NCBI RefSeq assembly: GCF_000981785.2
Contig: NZ_CP011304.1
Span: forward strand, 4,200,001 to 4,232,000
DNA: 32,000 bases
Direction: 5' to 3'
Source of the DNA: Microcystis aeruginosa NIES-2549
Lineage (GTDB): Bacteria; Cyanobacteriota; Cyanobacteriia; Cyanobacteriales; Microcystaceae
In this document: positions 16,579-27,465 of the stretch, in pieces
Position numbering within the stretch: the first letter of the stretch is position 1
Layout of the letters: each line of letters begins with the position of its first letter
The notes under the pieces: model-generated
What the model was told of the DNA's origin: nothing
Databases searched by the model: none
What the model saw: only the letters and a program-made list of their open reading frames with translations
Program-made: the position numbers and the translations under genes

Positions 16579-18501
16579 CTAAGGCTTCGGCTGGGGTTTT
16601 TCTTCTTTCGGCTTCACATTAAAATAAGCCTCCATTACCTGACGTACCATAGGTGCGGCCACTTTACCGCCACCACCGCCGGAATGTTCCGCAAAGGCGA
16701 CCACGACAATTTCGGGCTTGTCGAAGGGTTTACCCTGAGCTACGTCGAAGGGTTTACCCTGAGCTACGTCGAAGGGGGCGAAAGCTCCAAACCAAGCGTG
16801 GGACTTGCCTGGAGGTGCTTCTGCTGTGCCGCTTTTGCCCGCCACAGGCGGTAAAGCGGGGTCTGATAGGGCCCGACCCGTTCCTTCCGCTACCACGGCT
16901 CTCAGGGACTTTCTCAGGGTGTCTAGGGTGCTAGGTTTCATGTTCAAAGACTTGCGCCATTCCTTAACATCCCGGGCATCCTGTAAAAGGTGCGGTTTCA
17001 CCAAAAAACCGCCGTTAGCGGGGACGGCAAACATCACGGCTACCTGTAGGGGAGTCGCTAGGGTAAATCCTTGACCGATCGACATATTAATCGTATCCCC
17101 CACGGACCAATCCCAGTTTTTAAAATTACGCAGTTTCCAATCGCGATCGGCAATTAACCCCGGGGTTTCTTCCGCTAATTCTATCCCGGTTTTCTGACCG
17201 AAACCGTAGCGCCGAGCCATGGCAATTAAAGCCGGCCCCCCCACTCCGCGACCAATTTGACCGTGAAAAGTGTTACTACTCATGGCCATGGCCCGGACAA
17301 AACCCATCGGACCAAAACCGGCGCGATTCCATTCCCCGAAAGCTGTCCCCCCCACATAAAGGGCGGCAAAGGTATTTAAGACCGTATTGGGGGGAAATTT
17401 ACCCGATTCCATGCCGGCAGTGGCAGTGACGACTTTAAAGGTGGAAGCGGGGGGGAATCCTTGCAGAGCGCGGTTAACAAACGGGTTGCCCTCCGCTTGT
17501 AGTTTTTTCCAAGTGGCGGTGGTAATTGGGGCCGAGAAAACATTGGGATCAAAACTAGGATAACTGACCATGGCCCGCACGGAACCATCCCGGGGATCGA
17601 TCGCCACGATCGCACCTTTGCGTTTTCCTAAAGCGGCCTCGGCGGCTTTTTGGAGTTTTAAATCTAGTGTCAGGGTGACATCTTGCCCGGGTTTAGCAAT
17701 TTTTTGTCCGAGAATTTGGATTACCTGTCCCGATCCGTTGACCTCTAACTGCATTCCCCCCCATTCTCCCCGCAATTTTGACTCGTAGGCGGCTTCTACA
17801 CCCATTTTACCGACGACATCTCCCAATCGGTAGCCCTGTCGTCTTTTGGCTTGATATTCCTCCGGGGTTAGTTCCCCAGTATAACCGAGAATATGCGCCC
17901 CGATTTTACCATTGGGATAGTAGCGCACTGATTCCACGTCCACTTCAATGCCGGTTAATTCGTCTTTGTATTCCTCTAGGGCGATAATTTGGGAGGGAGT
18001 TAAACCCCTAGCGATCCGGATCAGGGTGGAGGGGTTTTCGTCCGCTTCGTTAATGCGTTTTTCTAGATCGCTTCTGGGAATTGCTAAAATACTGGCTAAA
18101 CGGTCAAGATTGAGTTTTTGGGCGGGATTACGCTGGGATTTTGGCCAAATATAGGCCGCATGGGTTAAGCGGGCCGTAGCCAAAACTTTGCCATTGCGAT
18201 CGAATAAGTTGCCCCGGACTGGGGGTTTGGGAATAATGCGAATCCGGTTATTTTCTGCCCTTTCTCGGTTAATTTGTCCTTGCTGCAGTTGTAAATAGGC
18301 CAATCGTGAGCCGACTCCTCCTAGCAGGACAATGCTAATTAATCCCATAATTAGCCATGACTGACGCTGACGACCGACTAGACGCTCCTTATCTTTGATT
18401 TTATTCTGTAATTTATTCGGCGCTGGCCGCGTCGGCGCGGTGAGCGTTTTTTTCCGTTTCAGTTTGACTTTGGTTTTTGAGAGGAGTCCGCTATTACGCA
18501 T
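16579..18501 (-). CDS. mrdA: Penicillin-binding protein 2 (elongation transpeptidase)
   Basis: N-terminal TM anchor plus dimerisation domain. Transpeptidase motifs STFK, SSN and KSGTAE are present. Confidence 0.9.
   Translation of the reverse strand: MRNSGLLSKTKVKLKRKKTLTAPTRPAPNKLQNKIKDKERLVGRQRQSWLIMGLISIVLLGGVGSRLAYLQLQQGQINRERAENNRIRIIPKPPVRGNLFDRNGKVLATARLTHAAYIWPKSQRNPAQKLNLDRLASILAIPRSDLEKRINEADENPSTLIRIARGLTPSQIIALEEYKDELTGIEVDVESVRYYPNGKIGAHILGYTGELTPEEYQAKRRQGYRLGDVVGKMGVEAAYESKLRGEWGGMQLEVNGSGQVIQILGQKIAKPGQDVTLTLDLKLQKAAEAALGKRKGAIVAIDPRDGSVRAMVSYPSFDPNVFSAPITTATWKKLQAEGNPFVNRALQGFPPASTFKVVTATAGMESGKFPPNTVLNTFAALYVGGTAFGEWNRAGFGPMGFVRAMAMSSNTFHGQIGRGVGGPALIAMARRYGFGQKTGIELAEETPGLIADRDWKLRNFKNWDWSVGDTINMSIGQGFTLATPLQVAVMFAVPANGGFLVKPHLLQDARDVKEWRKSLNMKPSTLDTLRKSLRAVVAEGTGRALSDPALPPVAGKSGTAEAPPGKSHAWFGAFAPFDVAQGKPFDVAQGKPFDKPEIVVVAFAEHSGGGGGKVAAPMVRQVMEAYFNVKPKEEKPQPKP
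16720..16776. repeat. 24-bp perfect tandem repeat (2.4 copies) inside mrdA
   Basis: gtcgaagggtttaccctgagctac occurs at 16720-16743 and 16744-16767, then gtcgaaggg. It is in frame and encodes PFDVAQGK-PFDVAQGK-PFD. Confidence 0.95.
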
Positions 18502-18535
18502 TTGCTTAAAGTTAAAAATTTAAAAGTTATTAGGG

Positions 18536-18691
18536 CAGTTATCAGTTATCAGTTATCAGTTATCAGTTATCAGTCATCAATCATCAGTTATGAGATTTGA
18601 GTTTTAAGTAAGAAGTATTAAGTGAGTAGTTTTAAATAGCACTTGCCTGATGTCTTTTCACTGATCACTGGTTACTGATCACTGGTTACTG
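18536..18691. repeat. Heptamer array (CAGTTAT)n, GATTTGAGTTTTA module and a 14-bp tandem repeat (ACTGATCACTGGTT x2)
   Basis: 18536-18592 is the cagttat array with variants. The module is at 18594-18606. 18659-18691 is cactgatcactggttactgatcactggttactg. Confidence 0.85.
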
Positions 18692-18920
18692 AAAAGGACG
18701 CAATACTAGGTGATTTAGCTCCTCTGTTTACTAAAGTTAAGGGAATCAGTAACATATCTTAACAAAATAGCAGTAAATGCTCCGATAAATTTTAACTTTT
18801 GTTAACTTGCCTTGATTTTTCAAAAATACTCAGCAAGAATCTGTCAGAGAGCTTTGATAGGAATTGCTAATAGTTCCGATTAAAAGTTCTGTAGTCCCTC
18901 TCCTGTTATCTACTGCCGAC

Positions 18921-19358
18921 ATGATGTTAGAAGCTTTTGTCCTTTCCCCCCGCTACTCTCTCGATGCAGCCAATTGGTTAGAAGGAATCGATCCTTCCCG
19001 TCATTACTGGTTATGGGTGAATGGAGATCCACAGCTGCCGGTGATTATCCCCGGTTTGATAGTTTCTAGCATAGAGGAATTAAGAACAGTTATCGGTCAG
19101 TTTCGATCACTACAGCCCGGAGAAAGCCTAAAATTAACAAGAATCGTCGGCAGCTGCAAGATTCATTGTGTGAGCAGTAATTGTTATGCGATCGAAGCAA
19201 GGGTGGACAGCGCTCTAGTCTGGCATTTATTCGATCGCGAAACCATGGAAAGTCTCCTCATGGCTGCCCATCCCGATTGGCTCCCCGGGGAAAAAGATCT
19301 AGAATTGGGCAGAAAAGCTTTAATGCGCTCCTTGAATCAACCCGTGTACGTTCCCTAG
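18921..19358 (+). CDS. Hypothetical protein
   Basis: The ORF 18864..19358 begins with TTG and the first ATG is at 18921 (MMLEAF...). No motif recognised. Its end overlaps the convergent neighbour by 4 nt. Confidence 0.45.
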   Translation: MMLEAFVLSPRYSLDAANWLEGIDPSRHYWLWVNGDPQLPVIIPGLIVSSIEELRTVIGQFRSLQPGESLKLTRIVGSCKIHCVSSNCYAIEARVDSALVWHLFDRETMESLLMAAHPDWLPGEKDLELGRKALMRSLNQPVYVP

Positions 19359-19768
19359 GCAAATTGGCGCAAATTGATTAATTCTCGGGGAGAAGCCAAG
19401 AGTTTTACCTCCACAGCGGCAATTTCTCCCGAATTAGTTAGTTGAAATTGCCAGCGCACATTGACTTTAAACAAAGGGGTTTGTACTTGGCCGGTGATGG
19501 TAATCCGGGTGGATTGATCATCTAGGGTTTCTAAGCTTCCCTGACTGGGAAAAGCGGTTAATCCTGGCGCTTCTTCACGGAGATAATTAGCGATCGCCTG
19601 TCGGCCGCGCACTCCCTCCTCGAAAGGTGCGATTAAAATGCCATCTTCGGCGAATAATCTGGCAGTTTCGGCAAATTCGCCCGCGTTTAGCCTTTGAAAA
19701 TAGCGGTAGATAATTGGTTCCGTGATACCAGCGATCGAGATTTGGGGACAGGAAACTGGCGCAGACAT
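19355..19768 (-). CDS. NTF2-fold protein, homolog of the orange carotenoid protein C-terminal domain (CTDH-like)
   Basis: YFQRLNAGEFAETARLFAEDGILIAPFEEGVRGRQAI..YLREE...ITITGQVQTPLF..NVRWQF.L...GEI..VEVKLLASPRELINL parallels the OCP CTD as I recall it (..NLNANDFDTLIELFTSDGALQPPFQRPIVGKENV..FFREE..IKVTGKVQTPWFG.NV..AWRFLLNPEGKI..VAIDLLASPKELLNF). Confidence 0.65.
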   Translation of the reverse strand: MSAPVSCPQISIAGITEPIIYRYFQRLNAGEFAETARLFAEDGILIAPFEEGVRGRQAIANYLREEAPGLTAFPSQGSLETLDDQSTRITITGQVQTPLFKVNVRWQFQLTNSGEIAAVEVKLLASPRELINLRQFA

Positions 19769-19823
19769 ATAGTTAAGAGTCTTTTGTCAAGTATTTCTTA
19801 ACCCAATGTAACATTATCCCTGC

Positions 19824-20936
<1,113 letters not shown>

Positions 20937-21015
20937 CTAAAAGGAATAGGTTTTTTCTGGTAGAATACCATTAAACTAGGTTATTATAGCTAATAAATAA
21001 CAATTATCATGATTA

Positions 21016-21110
21016 TTTCGGCTTTTCTTTACTATCTCACCCTGATTTGTCCTGAAAAGCTCAAAAGTACGAGAGTTTTTGTCTAGAATTGCCTAGTCTG
21101 AGAGCGGGAA
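21016..21110 (+). repeat. Direct repeat copy A (about 95 bp) of the SpoIID leader region
   Basis: By hand alignment, about 83 of 95 positions are identical to 22184-22277, including the run gagtttttgtctagaattgcc. It is followed by a 16-codon mini-ORF at 21114-21164. Confidence 0.85.
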
Positions 21111-21205
21111 ATCATGGCTACAGCAGAGAGCAGCAGGAAAATCCTTCCTAGAACTGAATTTTAGCGATTTAGGTTGTCCTAACCAACTCGTTCTCTGCTA
21201 TACAT

Positions 21206-21304
21206 ATCATACTAAATCTGGTTATTAAAGACTGATTATCTATTGCTCCTTTTGCTTTTTGCCTGTCCTGATATGTAGCCCATACTCAACGGATTTAGTA
21301 TGAT
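21206..21304. repeat. Hairpin-type repeat element: 13-bp perfect inverted repeat around a CTCCTTTTGCTTTTTGCC core
   Basis: ATCATACTAAATC is at 21206-21218 and GATTTAGTATGAT at 21292-21304. The right 45 bp (21261-21305) recurs at 27264-27308 with 43/45 identity. Confidence 0.75.
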
Positions 21305-21400
21305 TTAGAGCAGTTAATACTATCAGTAACCGATATTTTGCTTGGTTAAATTAAAAATAGCAAATTACCATTAACGTAAGTGTTAATTAAAGAGGTAAAT

Positions 21401-22033
21401 ATGGTTCAAATTTTACAAGCAAAAGAAGTCACTCTCAGAGATTTAATTAATCATTTTCAACTAGAGTTTGTAGAAGATGAGCATTTTTTTGGGGAATGGC
21501 AGCAAGACCTAAAAGCAATCTCTGAACAGGAAAAAGAATTGTTAGATAAAATCAAAACAGGTTATTTTAACTTATTAAATTATCCTCCCTTTTTAGAAAC
21601 TTCGGTGAGGATGACGGTTTTAGATTTATTATTATTTATTGGTAACTTTTATCTATTTCCCTTTCAGATTAAAGCGGAAGAGTCTGTTGAAATCATTACA
21701 GAAGAGCAAGATTTAATAATTAAAGGAAGGTTAGATACTTTAATTCTAAAAGAGCAATTATGGGTAATGATTATTGAATCAAAACGGGTTATTTATTCCG
21801 TTGAAGTAGGTTTACCGCAATTATTAGCTTATTTAATAGTCAATCCTCATCCAAACCGTCCTAATTATGGAATGTTGACCAATGGTTCCGAGTTTTTATT
21901 TGTTAAATTATTATGGGACGGTAAACCTTTATACGGAACCTCTCGTTTATTTGCCATGAGAAATCCGGGGGATTTATATGAAGTTCTCAAAATCCTGAAA
22001 CATCTCTGTCAGTCTAGCGAGGGGGTGGAATGA
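21401..22033 (+). CDS. PD-(D/E)XK-like nuclease-fold protein (HsdR N-terminal-domain-like), function unknown
   Basis: The ORF starts with GTG at 21380. The ATG at 21401 follows aaagagg. The candidate motif is GRLDTLIL...WVMIIESKR (D...ExK), followed by LTNGSEFLFVKL. Confidence 0.5.
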   Translation: MVQILQAKEVTLRDLINHFQLEFVEDEHFFGEWQQDLKAISEQEKELLDKIKTGYFNLLNYPPFLETSVRMTVLDLLLFIGNFYLFPFQIKAEESVEIITEEQDLIIKGRLDTLILKEQLWVMIIESKRVIYSVEVGLPQLLAYLIVNPHPNRPNYGMLTNGSEFLFVKLLWDGKPLYGTSRLFAMRNPGDLYEVLKILKHLCQSSEGVE

Positions 22034-22183
22034 ACCACAGAGACACAAAGGACACAAAGATCGATCGCTTCTATGGTAAGTTAAGCTGGTCGCAACGCGC
22101 TCGCTACGCGAGATCACACAGAACCTAGAAGAGCCTGGATTAGAGGAGATTCAGCTAATCTAAGGATGGGTGGTTAAGAATTT

Positions 22184-22277
22184 TTTCGGCTTTTCTTGAT
22201 TATTTCAGCCTGATTTATCCTGACAAGCTCAAAAATACAAGAGTTTTTGTCTAGAATTGCCCGGCCTGAGAGGGGAA
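22184..22277 (+). repeat. Direct repeat copy B, forming the leader of the SpoIID-domain gene
   Basis: See copy A. It ends at gagaggggaATG, the probable SpoIID start. Confidence 0.85.
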
Positions 22278-23407
22278 TGATAAAGTTAGATAAGAAAATT
22301 AAAGATGGTGTGATTAAAGTGAAATTTGCTGCTAGTACCTATTTTTCCCTGCTGCGCCATTGTGCCGTTCCTTTGTTGTCGATCGCTACTTTTACGCCAA
22401 TTCTCCTAACTTATTTAGCCAAGGAAAAACCAGAAACCCCGCAACCGCAGGCAAATCTAGAGACTGCTGCCTCCCCTGCTCCTATTATCCCATCTCCGAT
22501 CGCCCCCTTAACCGCGCCATCACCGAAACTATCCCCCTCTCCCCAATCTTCCCCCTTGGCACCGAAAAAATTAGCACCATCGGTTCAAACTTCCCCTAAT
22601 ACTTCCCCTAATACTGCCCCCGCTGCCGCGGTTAAACCGGTAACTAGACAACCCTTATTGGTTCCCGCTAATTATACGCCGCCGGTCCTAGAAATTCGCG
22701 TGGCGATCAAAAGGGATGTGGCCAGTGTTTTGATTGGAGTTAACGGACCTGCGGTGATCACCGATCGCCAAGGTCGTGGTTTAAAAACGATTGCCACTAA
22801 CGAGGGTTTACCGGTCATTCCAGATGCCAAGGGCTTAAAAATGGGCGATTTATCGCTGCCAGAGGTGATTTTTGTGCAGCCCACCAGTGCCGATGGTTTA
22901 GTTTATGTGGATGATAGTTGGTATCGGGGCAAAGTGCTGCTGGTTGCTCAAGGCGATCGCTTGTTAGTGGTCAATCATGTTAATTTAGAGGCCTATCTCT
23001 ATAGTGTAGTGGGTAGTGAAATGCACTCCACTGCGCCAATGCACGCTTTAAAGGCACAGGCGATCGCCGCCCGTTCCTATGCCCTAGTACATATAATCCG
23101 CCCCGCTAATGCTTGGTTTCATCTGGGCAATACCCAGCGCTGGCAGGTATATAAAGGCATTCGCTCGGAGTATCAATCGACTCACCAGGCGGTTAATGCC
23201 ACTGCTGGGCAGATTCTCAGCTATAAAGGGGGTGTGGTCGAGTCTCTTTATGCTGCCACCGATGAAATTGTCGCTTGGGCCCACGGTGGTCGCGGTATGA
23301 GTCAAACTGGGGCTTATAAATTAGCGGAAAAAGGCCTAGATTATCAACAAATTCTCGGTAATTATTATCCCGGAGTTGGTTTAGCCCGTCTAGTTCTACA
23401 AAATTAG
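22277..23407 (+). CDS. SpoIID/LytB-domain protein with N-terminal TM helix and Pro/Ser-rich linker
   Basis: LEAYLYSVVGSEMHSTAPMHALKAQAIAARSYAL and the C-terminal GMSQTGA are typical of the SpoIID domain. The ORF track starts at TTG 22247. ATG 22277 is preferred because it is preceded by gagagggg. Confidence 0.82.
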   Translation: MIKLDKKIKDGVIKVKFAASTYFSLLRHCAVPLLSIATFTPILLTYLAKEKPETPQPQANLETAASPAPIIPSPIAPLTAPSPKLSPSPQSSPLAPKKLAPSVQTSPNTSPNTAPAAAVKPVTRQPLLVPANYTPPVLEIRVAIKRDVASVLIGVNGPAVITDRQGRGLKTIATNEGLPVIPDAKGLKMGDLSLPEVIFVQPTSADGLVYVDDSWYRGKVLLVAQGDRLLVVNHVNLEAYLYSVVGSEMHSTAPMHALKAQAIAARSYALVHIIRPANAWFHLGNTQRWQVYKGIRSEYQSTHQAVNATAGQILSYKGGVVESLYAATDEIVAWAHGGRGMSQTGAYKLAEKGLDYQQILGNYYPGVGLARLVLQN

Positions 23408-23426
23408 ATTGATAGGCTTTCTCGAC

Positions 23427-23471
23427 TGAAAACTCAAATCTGATAACTGATAACTGATCACTGATAACTGA
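23427..23471. repeat. Reverse-orientation copy of the GATTTGAGTTTTCA module plus a (CTGATAA)n heptamer array
   Basis: tgaaaactcaaatc (23427-23440) is followed by ctgataactgataactgatcactgataactga. Confidence 0.85.
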
Positions 23472-23545
23472 AATGCCGACCATAGCAGATTTCTAGTAAC
23501 TGTATTACAATAAACTTTCAAAATGCTATAGCAGTAAATCTCTCT

Positions 23546-26500
23546 ATGAATAGCCCCTTTCTTGACTACCTCAACGGTCCAAAGCATCCCGTCCTCGTCT
23601 TTGATGGGGCGATGGGAACTTCCCTACAAAGCCAAAATCTGACGGCCGAGGACTTTGGTGGGGCAGAATACGAAGGTTGTAACGAGTATCTTGTCCATAC
23701 TAAACCTAGCGCCGTAGCGAAAGTCCACGAAGCCTTTTTAGCCGTGGGTGCGGATGTGATTGAAACCGACACCTTTGGGGGAACCTCGATAGTTTTAGCC
23801 GAGTACGATTTAGCCGACCAAGCCTATTATCTCAACAAAACCGCCGCCGAACTGGCCAAGGCTTGCGCTAATAAATACTCTACCCCCGAAAAACCCCGTT
23901 TTGTGGCGGGTTCCATGGGGCCGGGGACAAAACTGCCCACTTTGGGTCATATTGACTTTGATACCCTCAAAAATGCCTATGTGGAACAGGTAGAGGGCCT
24001 GTACGATGGCGGGGCAGATTTATTATTAGTAGAAACCTGTCAGGATGTCCTGCAAATTAAAGCGGCTTTAAATGCTATTGAAGAAGTATTTCAGAAAAAA
24101 GGTCAACGATTGCCCCTGATGGTTTCGGTGACGATGGAAACCATGGGAACGATGTTAGTAGGAACGGAAATTAACGCCGTTGTCTCTATTTTACAACCCT
24201 ATAAAATCGATATTTTGGGACTTAACTGCGCCACTGGTCCAGATTTAATGAAACCCCATATTAAATATCTCTCGGAAAATTCCCCTTTTATTGTTTCTTG
24301 TATTCCTAACGCTGGTTTACCAGAAAATGTCGGCGGTCAAGCGCACTATCGCCTCACTCCCGTAGAATTAAAAATGGCTTTAATGCACTTTATCGAAGAT
24401 TTGGGAGTACAAATTATCGGCGGTTGTTGTGGTACTCGTCCCGACCATATTCAAGCTTTAGCGGAACTAAGTCAGGGTTTAACTCCGAAATCTCGTCATT
24501 ATCATTATGAACCCTCCGCCGCTTCTATTTATAGTACCCAACCCTATATTCAAGATAATTCTTTCCTGATTGTCGGGGAAAAATTAAACGCCAGTGGTTC
24601 TAAAAAATGTCGGGAACTGCTCAATGTTGAAGACTGGGATAGTTTAGTATCGATGGCGAAAGCTCAGGTAAAAGAAGGAGCGCATATTCTCGATGTCAAC
24701 GTCGATTATGTGGGCCGGGATGGGGTGCGCGATATGCACCAATTAGCCTCTCGTTTAGTTAATAATGTCACCCTACCTTTAATGTTAGATTCCACCGAAT
24801 GGGAAAAAATGGAAGCGGGGTTAAAAGTAGCGGGGGGTAAATGTATCCTCAACTCTACTAACTACGAAGACGGGGAATCGCGTTTTTATCAAGTCTTGGA
24901 TTTAGCGAAAAAATACGGCGCGGGGGTAGTAATTGGAACCATTGATGAAGAAGGAATGGGCCGCACGGCCGAGAAAAAATTCCAGATAGCTAAACGGGCC
25001 TATTATGCAGCGATAGAATACGGAATTAATCCCTACGAAATCTTTTTTGATCCTCTAGCTTTACCGATTTCTACCGGTATCGAAGAAGACCGAGAAAATG
25101 GCAAGGCTACTATCGAAGCAATGCGTCGAATTCGCCAAGAACTGCCCGAATGTCATATTCTTTTAGGTGTGTCTAATATCTCTTTTGGGTTGAATCCGGC
25201 AGCGCGTCAGGTATTAAATTCTGTCTTCCTCCACGAAGCGATGCAGGTGGGTATGGATGGCGCAATCGTCAGCGCTAATAAGATTCTTCCTCTGGCAAAA
25301 ATTGAACCAGAATATCAGCAAGTTTGTCGGGATTTAATCTATGATAATCGTCGTTTTGATGGCGATATATGTGTTTATGATCCCCTGACCAAATTAACCG
25401 AATTATTTGCGGGGAAAACTACTAAAAAAGACCCCTCTAGTAATGCTAATTTACCCGTGGAGGAACGCTTAAAACAGCATATTATTGATGGGGAAAGATT
25501 GGGACTGGAAGAGGCTTTAAAGCAAGCTTTACAGGACTATCCACCCCTAGATATTATTAATATTTTCCTCCTGGATGGGATGAAGGTAGTGGGTGAATTA
25601 TTTGGTTCGGGGCAAATGCAGTTACCTTTTGTTCTCCAATCTGCCCAAACTATGAAAGCGGCCGTTGCCTTTTTAGAACCCTTTATGGAGAAAAAAGAGG
25701 GGGATAATAATGCCAAAGGGACTTTTATTATCGCAACGGTTAAAGGGGATGTTCACGATATTGGTAAAAATCTAGTTGATATTATCTTGACCAATAACGG
25801 CTATAGGGTGATTAACTTGGGCATTAAACAACCGGTGGAAAATATCATCGAAGCCTACAAAGAACATAAAGCCGATTGTATCGCCATGAGCGGTTTATTG
25901 GTGAAATCGACGGCTTTTATGAAGGAAAATCTAGAGGTTTTTAATGAAAAAGGAATCACTGTTCCTGTGATCCTTGGCGGGGCAGCTTTAACTCCCAAAT
26001 TTGTCCATGATGACTGCCAAAAAACCTACAAGGGACAGGTTATCTATGGAAAAGATGCCTTCTCTGACCTGCATTTTATGGATAAATTAATGCCCGCTAA
26101 AGCTGGGGGTCAATGGGATGATAGTAAAGGCTTTTTAGCGGAGTTTGCCGAGGCAGAAAAAACCCCGGTTGTCGCAGAAGAATTAGAGGTTAATCCCGAT
26201 ACTATTTTTACCGATGGAACCCTAGACAAAGAATTAGTTATTGATACCCGTCGCTCGGAAGCGGTGGAAGTTGATATTCCCCGACCAACACCGCCCTTCT
26301 GGGGTACTAAAATATTAACAGCAGCAGAAATTCCCATCGAGGAGGTTTTCTGGTATTTGGACCTACAAGCTTTATTTGTCGGTCAATGGCAATTCCGCAA
26401 ACCCAAAAGTCAATCTAAGCAAGAATACGACCAGTTTTTACAGGAAAAAGTTCATCCAATTCTGACAGCATGGAAAGAGAAAATTGTCAAGGAAAATTTA

Positions 26501-27109
26501 CTAAACCCCACATTAATTTATGGTTATTTTCCCTGTCAGTCGTCCGGTAATTCCCTGTTAATTTACGATCCCGAATCGATACAAGCAGGCGAAAAACCCG
26601 AAAATCTGCAACCGATCGCCATTTTTGAGTTTCCTCGCCAGAAATCCGGTCGTCGTCTTTGTATTGCTGACTTTTTCGCCCCGCAGGAATCCGGTATTAT
26701 CGATGTTTTCCCGATGCAAGCGGTGACGGTGGGGGAAATCGCCACGGAATACGCTAAATCTCTCTTTGATGCCAACGAATATACGGAATACCTCTATTAT
26801 CACGGCATGGCTGTCCAAACCGCCGAAGCCATGGCCGAATGGACCCACACCCGCATCCGTCGCGAGTTAGGTTTTGCAGAGTTCGATCCCGATAATATCC
26901 GCGATATACTACAACAGCGTTACCAGGGTTCTCGCTATAGTTTCGGCTATCCCGCTTGTCCTAATATTCAGGACCAATACAAGCAATTAGCTCTGTTAGG
27001 ATGCGATCGCATTGGGATGTATATGGACGAAAGCGAACAATTGTACCCAGAACAATCCACCACCGCCATTATTACCTATCACCCCACCGCTAAATACTTT
27101 AGTACCTAA
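23546..27109 (+). CDS. metH: Cobalamin-dependent methionine synthase
   Basis: All four modules are present: the Hcy-binding module (GGCCGT), the pterin-binding module, the B12-binding module (GDVHDIGKN) and the C-terminal AdoMet-activation domain. Confidence 0.97.
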   Translation: MNSPFLDYLNGPKHPVLVFDGAMGTSLQSQNLTAEDFGGAEYEGCNEYLVHTKPSAVAKVHEAFLAVGADVIETDTFGGTSIVLAEYDLADQAYYLNKTAAELAKACANKYSTPEKPRFVAGSMGPGTKLPTLGHIDFDTLKNAYVEQVEGLYDGGADLLLVETCQDVLQIKAALNAIEEVFQKKGQRLPLMVSVTMETMGTMLVGTEINAVVSILQPYKIDILGLNCATGPDLMKPHIKYLSENSPFIVSCIPNAGLPENVGGQAHYRLTPVELKMALMHFIEDLGVQIIGGCCGTRPDHIQALAELSQGLTPKSRHYHYEPSAASIYSTQPYIQDNSFLIVGEKLNASGSKKCRELLNVEDWDSLVSMAKAQVKEGAHILDVNVDYVGRDGVRDMHQLASRLVNNVTLPLMLDSTEWEKMEAGLKVAGGKCILNSTNYEDGESRFYQVLDLAKKYGAGVVIGTIDEEGMGRTAEKKFQIAKRAYYAAIEYGINPYEIFFDPLALPISTGIEEDRENGKATIEAMRRIRQELPECHILLGVSNISFGLNPAARQVLNSVFLHEAMQVGMDGAIVSANKILPLAKIEPEYQQVCRDLIYDNRRFDGDICVYDPLTKLTELFAGKTTKKDPSSNANLPVEERLKQHIIDGERLGLEEALKQALQDYPPLDIINIFLLDGMKVVGELFGSGQMQLPFVLQSAQTMKAAVAFLEPFMEKKEGDNNAKGTFIIATVKGDVHDIGKNLVDIILTNNGYRVINLGIKQPVENIIEAYKEHKADCIAMSGLLVKSTAFMKENLEVFNEKGITVPVILGGAALTPKFVHDDCQKTYKGQVIYGKDAFSDLHFMDKLMPAKAGGQWDDSKGFLAEFAEAEKTPVVAEELEVNPDTIFTDGTLDKELVIDTRRSEAVEVDIPRPTPPFWGTKILTAAEIPIEEVFWYLDLQALFVGQWQFRKPKSQSKQEYDQFLQEKVHPILTAWKEKIVKENLLNPTLIYGYFPCQSSGNSLLIYDPESIQAGEKPENLQPIAIFEFPRQKSGRRLCIADFFAPQESGIIDVFPMQAVTVGEIATEYAKSLFDANEYTEYLYYHGMAVQTAEAMAEWTHTRIRRELGFAEFDPDNIRDILQQRYQGSRYSFGYPACPNIQDQYKQLALLGCDRIGMYMDESEQLYPEQSTTAIITYHPTAKYFST

Positions 27110-27111
27110 TC

Positions 27112-27147
27112 GGTGATCAGTTATCAGTGATCAGATTTGAGTTTTCA
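27112..27147. repeat. Heptamer array plus GATTTGAGTTTTCA module directly after the metH stop
   Basis: ggtgatcagttatcagtgatcag, then gatttgagttttca (27134-27147). Confidence 0.85.
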
Positions 27148-27219
27148 TTTCAATTATTGCGGTTGTTTAGGAGTCAGTCCCGATGCAACAAGTTACACCG
27201 CCAAACATGAAAATATTCT

Positions 27220-27376
27220 GATTGATAAATTTGCGTTATTTCAGCTTCTATTTTCCAGTCAGTGCCTCTCCTGATATGTAGCCTATACTCAACGGATTTA
27301 GTATGATTGACGAATTTGCGTTATTTCAGCCTCTATTTTCTAGTCAGTAGTTAGTAGTTAGTAGTCAGTAGTCAGG
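27220..27376. repeat. 85-bp-period duplication (44-bp arms) enclosing a 45-bp dispersed repeat, then a (TAGTCAG/TAGTTAG)n heptamer array
   Basis: 27220-27263 matches 27305-27348 with 4 mismatches. 27264-27308 matches 21261-21305. The heptamer array is at 27342-27376. Confidence 0.85.
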
Positions 27377-27416
27377 AGAATTAAGTAGGTAGGCGTTAAA
27401 AATTATCAGACACCAC

Positions 27417-27465
27417 CCTTATCAAGGGTAGGGTTGATTCATGAATCAACCCTACCTTATCAAGG
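27417..27465. repeat. 30-bp perfect palindrome bracketed by 11-bp direct repeats
   Basis: GGTAGGGTTGATTCATGAATCAACCCTACC lies at 27427-27456. CCTTATCAAGG occurs at 27417-27427 and again at 27455-27465. Confidence 0.9.

Noticed and set aside
22247-22276. The ORF-track starts at non-ATG codons: TTG 22247, TTG 27659, TTG 18864, GTG 21380 and TTG 414.
   Set aside because: In each case an in-frame ATG lies 21-57 nt downstream. For 21401, 22277 and 27680 there is also a purine-rich stretch just upstream. I used the ATG starts, but the longer forms cannot be excluded without N-terminal data.
23408-23545. A possible cobalamin riboswitch upstream of metH.
   Set aside because: The 138-nt leader is mostly a heptamer array and AT-rich sequence. 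I could not see a B12-box-like element, and B12 riboswitches normally control metE or transport genes rather than metH.
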